This document shows, one piece after another, positions 26,166-39,568 of a stretch of DNA of 64,000 bases. Position 1 is the stretch's first letter, and each line of letters starts with the position of its first letter. A model generated the notes under the pieces. The model worked only from the letters and a program-made list of their open reading frames with translations. It had not been told where the DNA came from and made no database searches. Location of the stretch: assembly GCF_009914755.1 (NCBI RefSeq), contig NC_060926.1; one strand, 5' to 3'. Source of the stretch: the human T2T-CHM13v2.0 reference genome, Homo sapiens. The position numbers and the translations under genes were made by a program.

Positions 26166-28986
26166 CAGTACATTTGAATCTAAATTGAGTGGACTGTTCC
26201 CATTACCATATGGAAACTGCCACTTTTACCATAAGAGTTTCTGGCTGCATTGATCTAACTGGAGGAGGGGCAAGAAGTTAAATATCAGTCCCACCTCCCT
26301 TTTGTAAATAATACCAAATTATTTTGGCTCCCATAAGATAATAAGCAATTCTGTGGTAGGAATGGGGAAAGGAAGAGGAAATATTATCCAGACATTCTAA
26401 CATCCTGAAGTTAATTTCCAGAAATAGTAGGCTAGGAGTGTTTCAGTAGATTTTCTTATAGACAGTATAAATTATGTTCCTAGATATATAACACATAAAT
26501 CTAGAATTTATGGAAATAATTTTAAAAAATCTCATAACAGCTCTGATGAAACCTTGGTGAATCTTAAATAAGCTATTCTAAACCTTATCACAGTTTTGCA
26601 AATTTGTGAAGGAAACTCTCTCTGTATTTTTTAGATCTTGATTTCTTTTAAAGACATTTATTATATAATATCTGTAGTCTTTATGAACTGTTTCTTCAAG
26701 TGTAGATAGATTTTTCTTATTTTACCTTCAGACAACTTCAAAATAAGCCACATATTATGTATGCATTATGTTTTGATATATTTATGCATTTATTTTGTGA
26801 CTTGAGGAATCAAAAACTTTAATTTGTGTTCAAAGAATTTTTATATTTTTAAAAATAATTCAGGTAAATACAAGGTGCATGTTCATCAAATTAGAAGTTG
26901 ACACAGAAGACTTTAGACCTCCAGTATGGCTCTGAAAACAGCTACCATGAGACCAGTGAAGAGCATTTGATTATAGGCAGCAGTTGGTATCTGTGAGTTT
27001 TAGCATGGAGTGAACAGAGTAGGCTGACAAAATACAAAGTCTAGAAATACATAAGAAAACCAGTATTCAGGCTTGAAGATGGGCAGTAGGTAATTGACAG
27101 CTTTAGTTCTCGTGACAGGTCTTCTGGCTGCTCAAAGACACATATAGTTAGTTTATGCCATGAAGAGTTAATACCAAAATGGTTCAACGGAAATCAAAGC
27201 TTGAGAGATGAAAGTCTGCAATTCTGTGGATTCAGACTTGTCTACGTTTTGAAAATTGTTGAAATGGATCCATCAGAGTTTATGTGCATGAACAATCAAG
27301 GGGCCTTGTGAGAAGTAAGTTATCCTAAGGGAAGGGAATCAGAAAATGCGCATTTGACTCACTGTCAGTAGGTTTTGATTGAAGCAGACATATTTTGAAA
27401 CCGCATGATGCAGTCTACTGAAGTTGGCCCTCAAGATAGTTCCTGTGACTCATTCTTCAGTGTTTTAAGAAAGGGATTCTGTCCCCACTCCCCCCAAAAA
27501 GGGGTTTTAAAATGAAAGATCCAGGTTATAAAAATCTTTACAGGAAATTGGGAGTACAAGGCAGGAGGACTTTGTGAGCTTATCAGTGAAGTAAAAAGGG
27601 AGATCATTTTTTCCCATTTCAGTATGAGAGAATGGAAGTGATAAGAAGTTGAAATGTACATAATTCTTTAGAGTGGAAAAGAGATAATAGACATTGTTAT
27701 ACAGGTGGAATCATTCCCCAGGGAGCTTGAAAGGAATGGGTCTCATGCCAACATCAGAAGCAAAAAGGTGGTATTAGCAACACCACCAAGTAGGCTACAA
27801 TGGGCTTATCCTCTAGCATATGAGAGTTTGGGTTAGGTAATAAAGACTTTTTCTGTTGCAAGAAATACTCATTCAAATAAGCAAAAGGAAGAGGAGGAAT
27901 ATATTGGCACATAGAAAGGTAACTCGTTAAAAAATAAAAGAAGTACCATCAATGTTTACTGGATAGAGGAAAAAATACTTCAGGAAACAGTTTACCTCTG
28001 TTTTTTATGTGTTTTTATCACTACATATTGCTTTCCTTCCCTCTGCAAACTTCCATTTCTGTTTCACCAAGAGTACTATGGAAAATAAGCACTACCTTGC
28101 TATTCCACATGAGCTTTTAGCTCCAGAGCCATTAATGCACCAGCACTCCATTGCTCCCATTAAAAAACTTGTATGAGAGAAAACCTAATCAACTAAACTG
28201 AGGTCAGATCCTTTATGGGTAAATGTGTGGGGTCACACTCAAAATATATGGATACACAAATGCAGGATTGGGGTTTAAAGGATAGTTCTTAGAATTAGAA
28301 CATTATGTGTGCCGTTACTCCAACAAGTCTCGAACGCACAGATATTTCTATTCCAGTTTCTTCCAGTACTCATTAGAAGAAAAATTGGTGGGATGATAGG
28401 AGTTTTTAAAATTCCATGAGAGATGTCTGAGACCAAACAATTATTAGTGTGACACTCTATGGATTCCAGAATGATAAGGTCTCAGAAATACGTGACACAG
28501 CAGAGAGGCCCACTAAAGCTAGAAAGATCATGAGAACATTTTCCTTTTTTTTTTACTATCATGAGTCAAAAAGAAATGTGACCACCTGTCTTGGTCACAT
28601 TTACCTAGTTATTATTTGGATACTAAAATGTTAAAGAAGGGAATGAATGTCAGATTCAACATTAAAGAATCATGCTACGGTCCACTGGTATGTGAATCAT
28701 ACATAACAAAAGGGCTGCTCTGCATCCACTGAGTCAACCCTCCCATGCTTTATTTACATATGGGATTCTTTGTCTTTTCTTATGTCAAACTTTGTAAGTG
28801 TAATAAACCAAGGCATTGTCTAACATGGCCACTCTAACAGTGGCCATGAAAAGGATCACATTTTGAGTTTTAGAGATTATATAGTATAAAACTGTTCCAT
28901 AAGATAGAACTCATTTTACTAGGTATGCTTTTTGTTTGAATCAAGTTATAATAGACATGATGAAATTATCTTGAAATTCTAGACAA

Positions 28987-29568
28987 CAGTAAATTCTCAT
29001 TGTCATCGGTAGGTTCTTGAAAACTTCAAAACTTCAACTTCAAGGCAAGAAATGTATAATAAACCAATTTTACCATAGGCTAATTGATACAAACAAGAGT
29101 TAAATTCCTATGGCATATTTCTGGTCACAAAATATCACCAAATATCTAAAGACCAAAACACTTCTACATTAAACGTTGAAATGAATGTGAGTTATTCCTA
29201 CATTTAAGAAAGATGAATGAAAACAAGATAATTATTATCCATGTATTCCAGTTCAGGGCCTAGGTGGTTGGAGCCCATCTAGCAGTTTAGGACATAAGTC
29301 AAGAACCAGTTCTGAACAGGACAATGTCCATTGCAATGCAAATTCATACACACATCCACACTCACCCAGATGAGGACAATGTAGACAGCCAATTCACCTA
29401 ATATGTACATCTGTGGGATGTGGGAGGAAACCGGAGTAGTATGTAAAAACCCACTCAGACATGGGGAGAATGTGCAAACTCCACAAACAATGGTTCCAGC
29501 TGAGAGTTAGTTTTATTTCTCAACAAAGGAAAACAACATTGAACAAAACACTACTCAAGGACTTACTA
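28987..29568. mobile_element. MER6/MER6A (TcMar-Tigger non-autonomous DNA transposon)
   Basis: ccaattttaccataggctaattgatacaaacaagagttaa and gggatgtgggaggaaaccggagta...cagacatggggagaatgtgcaaactccaca. Termini cagtaaattct and aggacttacta. Confidence 0.82.
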
Positions 29569-32500
29569 TGCTATGTTGTAACTGACTTGAATGATAATTT
29601 TTTCAAGTGATTGCCAAATGTGTTCAAGTGTGAGGATCCTTTTAGGATCAAAACAAAAATCTTACAGATCTGCAGATTCTGCTAGTTTCAAGTGATTGAG
29701 AAATTACATTATAACAAATAGCCACTATAAATTCAGATACGTTTTTGAAAAATTTTATTACATTAAATACATTTCAATGTGTTATGAGCAGTCATTAGAC
29801 ATTTATAAATAAAGATTGGTGCCAATTTGGAAATGAGAACTTTAAAAAAAAACTCAGCAACCCTCAGGAACATATGGTCAAGAGGTTAGTAATCATTCGT
29901 TTGTAATATAATCTCACTGTACAGATGAAGAGACTGGAGTTAAAAAAAATACTGAGTGATTTTCCTAAAGTCAGAAATCTAGAGCATTACTGGGAGAACC
30001 AGCATTCCTGGGAGAACCAGTGTGAATTTAGTTCAGTAGACAAGGATATCAGTTTAAGACTCTATCTCACTCAAAGATCAAATTACTTCATTTTTTGTCT
30101 TTAAATATCATTATTTGGCATGTATTATATATATGTATTATATATATAAAATATTTTTCAAATACATGTCTTAAAAATATATATTAAATGTATACATTAT
30201 ATTGTATGCTAGATATAGTGAATATTATATTTTGAATTTTGTATATATGTATACAAACTGTACAATCCAAACTAGCACAACTATTTTTCAATGAACAACA
30301 TCTAGATACTCTGGTAGCCAGATGGCTTCACAAGTAAAACCTCAAACTTTGGAATGATTATTTCCTTTACCCAACAGTGTGAGGGAGTTTTGAAAACTCT
30401 CTTAGCTTCCTCCAAGGAGGCAGTCTCACACTGTCAGAGTGTTTAAACACATTTCATCTTTATTTTTCTGGCTACTTAACAACATTAAATTAGTTTGCAA
30501 GAAGTATAGGAAAGCCATAAAGATATTAATAATATGTCCCTTTATCACTGCCCCAAAGAAGTGAATGCGTAGCTGAGAAGGCAAAAGTGCCTTCCATTGA
30601 TTGAGACACAAGTTTCACATCAGTCTCTAAGTGCCTAACGTGTATCCAGCCAATAATCACACTTTAGTCACTTACTTTGGAGAATCCTTCATACCTCAAC
30701 CACTAGACATATCTTCAGTGAAACTTCACAGTTAAAATATCTCCCGCCTCTGCTTGAAGGAAAGAAATGCCACAGATGAAAGTAGTATGTTTTTTCATAG
30801 CGTTTCCTGCAAAGCATCTACACATTGGTGAAATATAACCGTGGCGCATAATTCACTTCTGTAATAAAAATAATTATCTAAATATTATAGTTAAGAGAGA
30901 TTTTTTCTCCCTTTAAAATAAAGGTCAATACATTGCTTCAATATCGTTAGCTCCACTTTCCTATTTGGAACAAATTTTGGAAAAGCACACATCATCATGG
31001 TCATTTACTTCAGCCATTTGGTGAGTTGCATTAATCTTTGCACCTTCTTTTGAAAGATAAGCCACATTTAATGGTCTTGCTAAATAATATAGAGCTTTCA
31101 AACATCTGAAGGGCAGCATGGTAAGGCTCCACTAGATTGAACTGGGCATTCACATCCCATTTATAAAGATTCCTAATGCATCGTTCATTATCATTCTAGT
31201 CACTCATTGAGTTCCATTATAACTTTTATTGATTCTATTTTCAGCAGGACTCTGGGGATGAGACGAAGAAGTAATTAAGTAGTTTTTCAAAGGATAACCA
31301 CTGTCACCTAAAATCATTAAGGGAGAATAAAAATGCCTACCATCCTCTGCCATATCAAAATTAATTTGTAATAATTAAAAAGTTATCTCCCTGAAACATT
31401 AAAATTTGGAAAATTTGGAGAAACTGGAACCATATTGCTAACTTAAACTGAGCACTTTGGGAATGCCTGTGTAGTCATGATTTGGTGTGCATTCACATCT
31501 GTCTTGGATATCAGCTATGTTTCAGGAATAGCTGCACCCAAGAAAATGTTTTCTTTAACAATTAATGTCTTATATAAATACTATGTACACTTTGAGCATA
31601 TTCCTGCACATTACTTAGTAGAAAATTGATGTTAGCTTTAAAGCATTCAAATAAGTTCAGCTAAGAGACTGAAAAGGAATAGCTCTGCCTAAAAGAAATG
31701 GCAAGGTAGGCAGTATCATTTTTAAATAAAAAATTTAAATATGCCCCCTGGCTCTGGTACTTTAATTCAAGGAATTGTCATGCTATAAATGTGACAATGA
31801 AATGTGTAAACAGGAGCCATGAAAATTTACAAGCTGTTAAAAATTTGTGCCAACAGATAAGTGAATCCTCTGTAGTAGTATATGGAGGGTCTATCTGACA
31901 CAGAAGCAAACCTGCTCAAATCAAGTCACACATGATCATTTAGAAAATTAAGTATGGTTGGCTCTCCATAAGTGGTAGGTTCAGATATTTCCTTCCATAG
32001 ATGTGGCCAGCCAGTACTTTGCAGGACAAACAGTATATATATATTTTTCAGAAAAGGAGGCTGGGTCATTTAATCCAAACAAGACTGAAGACAAGCTTAG
32101 TATTCTGCCAACCTACTCCTGCTTTAACCCCAAGAATGCTATAACTGAAATAATTCATCAGATTATTGGTGCAGTGATTAACAAAATTGTGTTCTTTGGA
32201 GATGTATGAGAGGCCATAGAGACAAAAACAGAGAAATAGAGGTAAGTAGAATAGATATGATCCCTACATCACCATTCAAACCAAAATAGTTACCCTAATA
32301 ATGAGCTTCTGTACAAGATAATAAAGACTTCTGGTGCTAAAAGCAAGTTTTAAAATATAGATTTATTATCATATAGATAAAGCCCCTCAGTTCTGATGGA
32401 AAGAAGTTGCACAGGGGTCTGTCAAGTTACTAGAAATAGGATCGGGAAGAGAACCTAATCCTAGGTCATAGACATGACCGAAAGGATTCGTGAATGTGTG

Positions 32501-33299
32501 TCACTCTCCATGGTGCTGATACTCTTCATTTGCAAGATTGTTTTTAACTCCTAGGATATGGTGATTCCCTCCCAATTTCTCCCATTTTTCAGTTTCTTTT
32601 TTTATTTGTATATTTTACCCTGTGAGTAATTTACCATATTATATTGTTATAAAACAAACTGAACTCTGATGTATAATTCACAATATATGTAATTATTTGT
32701 CAATTGTATTACATTTCTAGTACTTGCAATCTACATCTAACACACCCTCTCACACACACAGTCACACATTTTATGCTTTCATAATTCACTGATGCTTCTT
32801 TCATTTTGTGCCAATAATATAATAATTTAAATAGTAAATTAATGGCACAAAATGTTGGAAAACATTTGGACACTTCCTCCTAAGAGACCACTAAAAATGG
32901 CCTAAAATATCTTATGGAAATAACCCTGCTCTGGAATCCTACTCAAAACATAAAGTCTCAAAATATTATCATGGTAACTTTGGATCTCTCTTTCCAGTGT
33001 GGATTCACATTAACCAAGCTCAGATGAAAAATAAATTTTTTGGAGGTTAAATGATTGAGTCTACGTGGCCAGCCATTATTTCTCATAAGAGAAATAATGC
33101 AGACTCATAAGAGAAACCTAATCATAATCAGGTTGCCATTTTATTAAATAAGTAGAAACAAAATTGTCTTGAAGGCAGACTTAAAGTTTTTGTTTTCTAT
33201 AAAACATTACTGCAAATTAGACACTCCATAGAGGCAGACCTGTGAATATATGCTCGTATCTTTCTTGTTACACTATAATATTGGGAGTTTTTATCTTTA

Positions 33300-33420
33300 T
33301 ATAAATCTTGACTACAAGACAGTGCAGGGGCAAAGACTGTGTTATGTCCATCTCCTTACCAGTAGACTTAACACAGTGCCTCAATGGTAGAGTGTGCAGA
33401 ACAGATGTCATTGAATGAGT
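33300..33420 (+). mobile_element. L2 3'-end fragment
   Basis: ggggcaaagactgtgtt...aacacagtgcct...cattgaatgagt. Confidence 0.5.
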
Positions 33421-33629
33421 TAATGATAGAAAAGTCGATTTGAAAGCTAGAACAGTAAAAAATAAAGGGGGTGTCTGGGTGAGGGCAGAAGACTAAGTGA
33501 CTTAAAAATGACTATGCTCATCATGCATTACAAGGCATAATTAAGTATTCTTGAATCTAAGGCAAACATTATTCTTCAATCTTATATCCTCCATATGCAT
33601 AGTCAAAATCGAGAACACAGGGATGTTGG

Positions 33630-34050
33630 CATAGTTTGGGATGTTGCTAAATAGCATATTTATACTCCTACACATCTGTTCTTCACTCTATGACATTGGA
33701 GCTTTGGGTTGGGTGGGGCAGTTGGAGGAAAGGAGAAAAGTAAGGTCATCGCAGTTATGCCTGAGCTCCCTGTCTGTGGGGTTGCCATGGGCTGGCTGCA
33801 TCCCATGGCCAAAGGTCTCGGTCCCTGTCAGGCCACCCTCTCTCCACAGACTTCATTGAAAGCTGCTGGCAAACACAATCCTTATTTCTATTTAGGGTTA
33901 ATGTCAACCTTCCCTCTCCAGTTTGTGGGTACTCCACTCTCCCTTGTTGTTGTCTATTACCTACACGTACCTTTGCAAACATATTTTTAAATGCTCTTCA
34001 AAAAACCTGGTTTGCATAGAACTAGGTTCCTGCCAGGACCTTGACCCACT
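33630..34050 (+). mobile_element. LTR33-like (ERVL) LTR
   Basis: ggggttgccatgggctggctgcatccc...aaggtc...cctgtcaggcc and 3' end ttcctgccaggaccttgac. Confidence 0.65.
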
Positions 34051-34292
34051 TGGGGTAATCAAAGAAATAGTCGTATAAATATTCTTGCATACAAGGAATG
34101 TCATTACAACTCTGTCCATTTCCTTAGTATGGCCCATAAGATACACAAGATTTTGGAGATCACTTAGCCATATACAATGTTTCATACACTTAGATACTGT
34201 GACCTATTTTCTCACTACTGAACTTTGAAATTTGGAGAAGTGAGAAAAACTAGGCATGAATTATAGATTTTTTTAGGGATAATATCCAGGAC

Positions 34293-34876
34293 ATTACTTT
34301 AAAATATGACAAGTTAGACCTAGAAATATCTTACAAAGGTTGAGAGTATCCAGGTAAGAATCTTAATAAAGATTCTTAAAGCCATTTGATTTATATTTTT
34401 ATTTGCATGAATTAAATGCACAGATATTAAATACAATTCCAAATCTACTAAAGTTTTTTTGTGGTTGTGTTTTAAGTATTTAAAATTACACCTTTAAATT
34501 AGTTTAAATTATAAAATTATAATTTAAATTATTTAATAATTTAATAATTTAAACTATTGAATTATAAAATTACGTCTTTACATTATTTTAAATTACTTTA
34601 AAATATGACAAGTTAGACCTAGAAATATCTTAGAAACTGTCTTTTGCTCATTAAAGACTCCTACAATGCTAAAAATGTTGAGATTCTACATCTAGTCCTT
34701 TGATTTTTTCATAAACTTTTATATATTTGGCAGTTAATTCTGAATCCTTTAATAAAGATTCTTAAAGCCATTTAATTTATATTTTTATTTGCACGAATTC
34801 AATGCACAAATATTAAATACAATTCCAAATCTATTAAAGTTATTTTGTGGTTGTGTTTTAAGTATTTAAAATTACA
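34293..34876 (+). repeat. Local imperfect tandem duplication (A-B-linker-A-B)
   Basis: A = 41 bp, identical at 34293-34333 and 34592-34632. B = 128 bp at 34363-34490 and 34749-34876, with 6 mismatches by eye. Confidence 0.93.
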
Positions 34877-35297
34877 TCTCATTTGGTGCTGTATTAAAAT
34901 AGAATGGAATTGTATGTTATTTCTTTTGAGAAAGCTTTGAATTTCTCTAATCTCTCCAAGACAAATTGACATCAGCTTGTAGATTCTGTTGCATTTTGTG
35001 TGTATTTTATAACATGGACCCACTATTATCCCAAATTCTGGCATATGTTTTAGAAAAGATTTTTTTCCTACTCTTGGAACGATTGAAATCTGGAGGGTAA
35101 AATGGCACTTGGTTAGAATGCTGAAATTGTTAAACCTCCAATCTCAGCACCAAAGTTCTGCTCAGAACAGAGCAATTTCATGTTTTATTTGTTTTTACCC
35201 TTGTGGAAAGAAGAAAACAAAAACAATTCAAGTATATGTGTTAGACTACAAATAGAGTGAAAACAGGACATTTCAAAGGGTTAAATAATTAGAATTC

Positions 35298-35612
<315 letters not shown>

Positions 35613-36034
35613 TCAGTGTGTTCAGGGAAATATTTTGGAATAACAAATTTATTAAAATTTGGTGAGGAATAGAAGAGCTACCATGAAATTTTCCCTTTCC
35701 AAAGTCCACAGCAAACATGCATTCATAAAGCATTTATTTTAATTATTACATTTCTGAGGCCTACAGTTCACAGTGTTGTGTGACCTGTTACATTTTTCTA
35801 ATAGAAAAAAATGAAATATTGATTTTCAAACATGAAAGGAAAATGATTATAAATATAAGTGGGTCATTGGGGGGGAAATAAAATGTTAATTCCATTTTAT
35901 TATGTTGAACTTTATGAGCATTTGAACCACATATCCTGTAAAACCAGAGCAAGCCCAGTTATAAGGCTCATATGAAAAACATATATGTTGTCAGTTAGCC
36001 TCATGGGAGATATCAAAGCTCTTTTTCTACTTAC

Positions 36035-36064
36035 CTTAGTTACGGAAACTCCGCGAGTATTTCC
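36035..36064 (-). other. Candidate 30-nt microexon on the minus strand
   Basis: Minus strand: ctgtctctttttttccctccttag|GGAAATACTCGCGGAGTTTCCGTAACTAAG|gtaagtag. Frame 0 reads GNTRGVSVTK. Confidence 0.45.
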
Positions 36065-38099
36065 CTAAGGAGGGAAAAAAAGAGACAGTGCAGTAGGTTG
36101 ACTAAGTTTAAGAATATTATATTGTTCATTGGGTTAACGAAGGGAGAATTGACAATGTTAAAGTAAAAAATCATAAGCCCACTTGCTCACTCTCCCTCTC
36201 TCTCTACCTTCCCCTACCTCTCCTTTTACTCTCAACTAGCATTTCATCCCAGGAGATAGTACCCTGACTTAAAAGGGTCTGAAGCATAGGACCAAGCTAG
36301 TTCTCTCTAGCCACTGCTGGCAAATAGACAGTTCCTGGCATCAGCACCCTTCCCTCACATTATAGTCACAAAATAAGATGCAGCTGCAGGATCTGTGCTG
36401 GAAATACCCAGAGCAAACCTTAAGCTCAGGTAACCTACACTTAGTAGATGTAGTTAAGCTTTCCATAGAATTAAGCATCTCAGGAGGAATTAGTTTTAAT
36501 GTTTAGAACCAAAGCCCCAATAGAAGATACAGTGCTACTTTGCCCTGTAATAGAAACTTCCTTATAGATTGTCAGAGCTTTTGGATGTGATCATTTCTTG
36601 TGTCTTCACATGATTTAACTATTCTTATATCACCTAATAAAACACTAAAACAGTATCATTTTATTTCTTATAAGAGTCATGAAGCCTTCTCTTTTTACAA
36701 AATGAGTGAATTTTGAAGAAAAGAAATATAATTCCCTGATGTTGCTCTATAAGATCAACACCAAGCATGACTAGAGTAAGCATGAATGTCTTGTGCTCTC
36801 TCCTGGGCAGTAGTTTTGCCAGATAGTGGTTGTCTGTGTGCATTAGTGAGATTTTTCATTAGAAACACTTGGAAGCTATATAACAAAATTCTTCCACTCA
36901 CTTATTTTTTCATCACAATAGGATTGTTAATGATGTGGTTTTCTAGTTCACCCTAGCACGAGCCCATCAAAAGGCCATTATTTTCTCTGTACTTAACAAG
37001 GTGAAGAGTTGGTGCCCTCTCAAGTTCAAAAAGGAAAAATAAAAGTTTATTGTATATTTGCCATGCTTTACAGTGAAAACTTCCTAGGGAGAATGAATTT
37101 TGGTTATAACCTTACCCATTTTATTTTCCATCTCACACCATGCAACAAATATAAAAATGTTTAGGCTCTCATCCTGCTGAACCAATTTCTTTATTGCATT
37201 TTTGCTCCGAAAAAGATTAATAATCATGTTTTCAAAGTGATGCTGCCCACTGTGAAACTTATTCCCCTGCCATTTCTAAAAAATACATGCCACAGAAAAG
37301 CTTCTGCTTGGATTACAGCTAATTCAAATATAACTATCCTGACACTCCAATTCTTTCCCATGAAAAAAAGAAATGGATAAAACGATTGGGCTTTTATGCA
37401 CACTTAAATGCATTAACAGTACTAGTAAAACCTGATAGAATTTAAAATATGATTACATATGAAGTACATTCAAGATGAAAACTTCTCACACTGATTCTAT
37501 TCTAAGCAACATAGAGAAGCAACTAAATAATGAATTTGAAGAACAAAATCATATACTTCAGAAGACTCTTCAAGGTGTTACATTCAACATCTAAGACAAA
37601 CAACTGCATTGCAAATAAAAATAACTTGCTACTGTGAACTTCTACTCATAGTTCTAGGAACAGAAAATAATCTAGTTTACTTTTAACATTATTACGAACA
37701 TACAGACAAATTGTATTTTTAGGAAAAAATAGTTTCAAATAGAGGAATATGCAAGTATTGTAAGTAAAAAGGATTTTTTTTTTTCAAAGAGAGAAACATC
37801 AGGATATATCCATTTTCTTCCACATGTCCTGAGGGATAAGTTTTCCTTGCCTGAGAAATGAGATAGCTACAATCAACTTGGATAAAGAATATATAATTTT
37901 AAATTCCTTTAGAATTACTCAGTTTTACTCGTAGGAACATTTTAGGAATGAGACATCAAAAATATGGTAAGATTTGTTTTAAAATCAGCAATCAGAATGG
38001 CAAAGCCAGAGCTCCATATGCTCTCTCTCCGGCAGCTCTGATTACAAAGACAGAGCCATAAGCCCTTGAACACAATCAAGAAGAAAATTTACTGATTGT

Positions 38100-39010
38100 T
38101 TAATATCTTTAGCATTGGTCCTTTTGATCACTCCTCTTTGACATGTCACTTCTGGCCCTTGATTTTTCTTCACCTACTCAGTTCAACTTCTCCTTCTTGG
38201 TTCTTTGCAAATAATTTTTTTTCTGTTCATTCAACTCTTACGTTGCAGCATCCTTTATTATTAGCCTTTTTAAACAACAGTCTAAAATTATACAACTTAT
38301 GTATTTTCCTATTTGATTATTGCTTTTCTTCTTCTAGTAGAATGTCATCTTCCCAGGGTGGGGACTTGGTCTCTTTTTCTACTGTTGTATCCTGTGTACC
38401 TAGGACATTGCCTAGTGTCTTCTTTTGTCATCTTTCCAGGTAGTAATATACTGATGACCTCAGAATCTGTATCTTCTTTTTAATTCTCTCTCTAAAATTC
38501 TAGCCCATATATCTAGCATCTTGTTGAATATCTCTACCTGGTAACCTTATATTTATTCTTTTTTACATTAAAATATATTTGACAATGATTGTATATATTT
38601 AAGGTGCATAATTTCATAATTTGTTACACATATACACCATGAAATAATCACCTCAGTCTAACTATATGTGCTTTAAACTTAATATGTCCCAAGTGAATTT
38701 ATTGTGTTCTACGTTCACACCCTCTTTCAACTCAAAATCTCCCCTTTTTTGAATATCCCTTTTGGTTCCAACATCAATTTGATCACTTAGTCCAGAAACT
38801 GGAAGTTATTCTAAGCTCTTTTTATATATTTCTCCTACAATCAGTTGGTTGCTAAGTAGTTTTTATTCTATTATCTAAATATCTAAAAATGTTCTCACTC
38901 TCTATTCACATTGCCACAATAGGCCAATTTCTCACCCGAATTATTACTTCCTAAATAAGCTTTCAGCCTTCATTCCATCCTTTATCCACAATGCTGCCAG
39001 AATGATTTTT
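38100..39010 (+). mobile_element. Degraded L2 fragments (with a probable short L1M piece near 38550-38660)
   Basis: ctagtagaatgtcatcttcccagggtggggacttggtc...gtatcctgtgtacctaggaca; ctgatgacctcagaatctgtatct; aaacttaatatgtcc; tccacaatgctgccagaatgattttt. Confidence 0.55.
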
Positions 39011-39066
39011 CCCATTCTCTACTCTCCTTATGTCTGGGCTTGGCCAGCACAACACCAGACTTTTAA

Positions 39067-39568
<502 letters not shown>

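Noticed and set aside
30115-30255. TA-rich tract as a structured repeat or array
   Set aside because: Low-complexity degenerate (TA)n with no regular unit.
34293-34876. Repeat-spacer-repeat pattern as a CRISPR-like array
   Set aside because: Only two copies of each block, unequal spacers and a eukaryotic context. Explained by local duplication.
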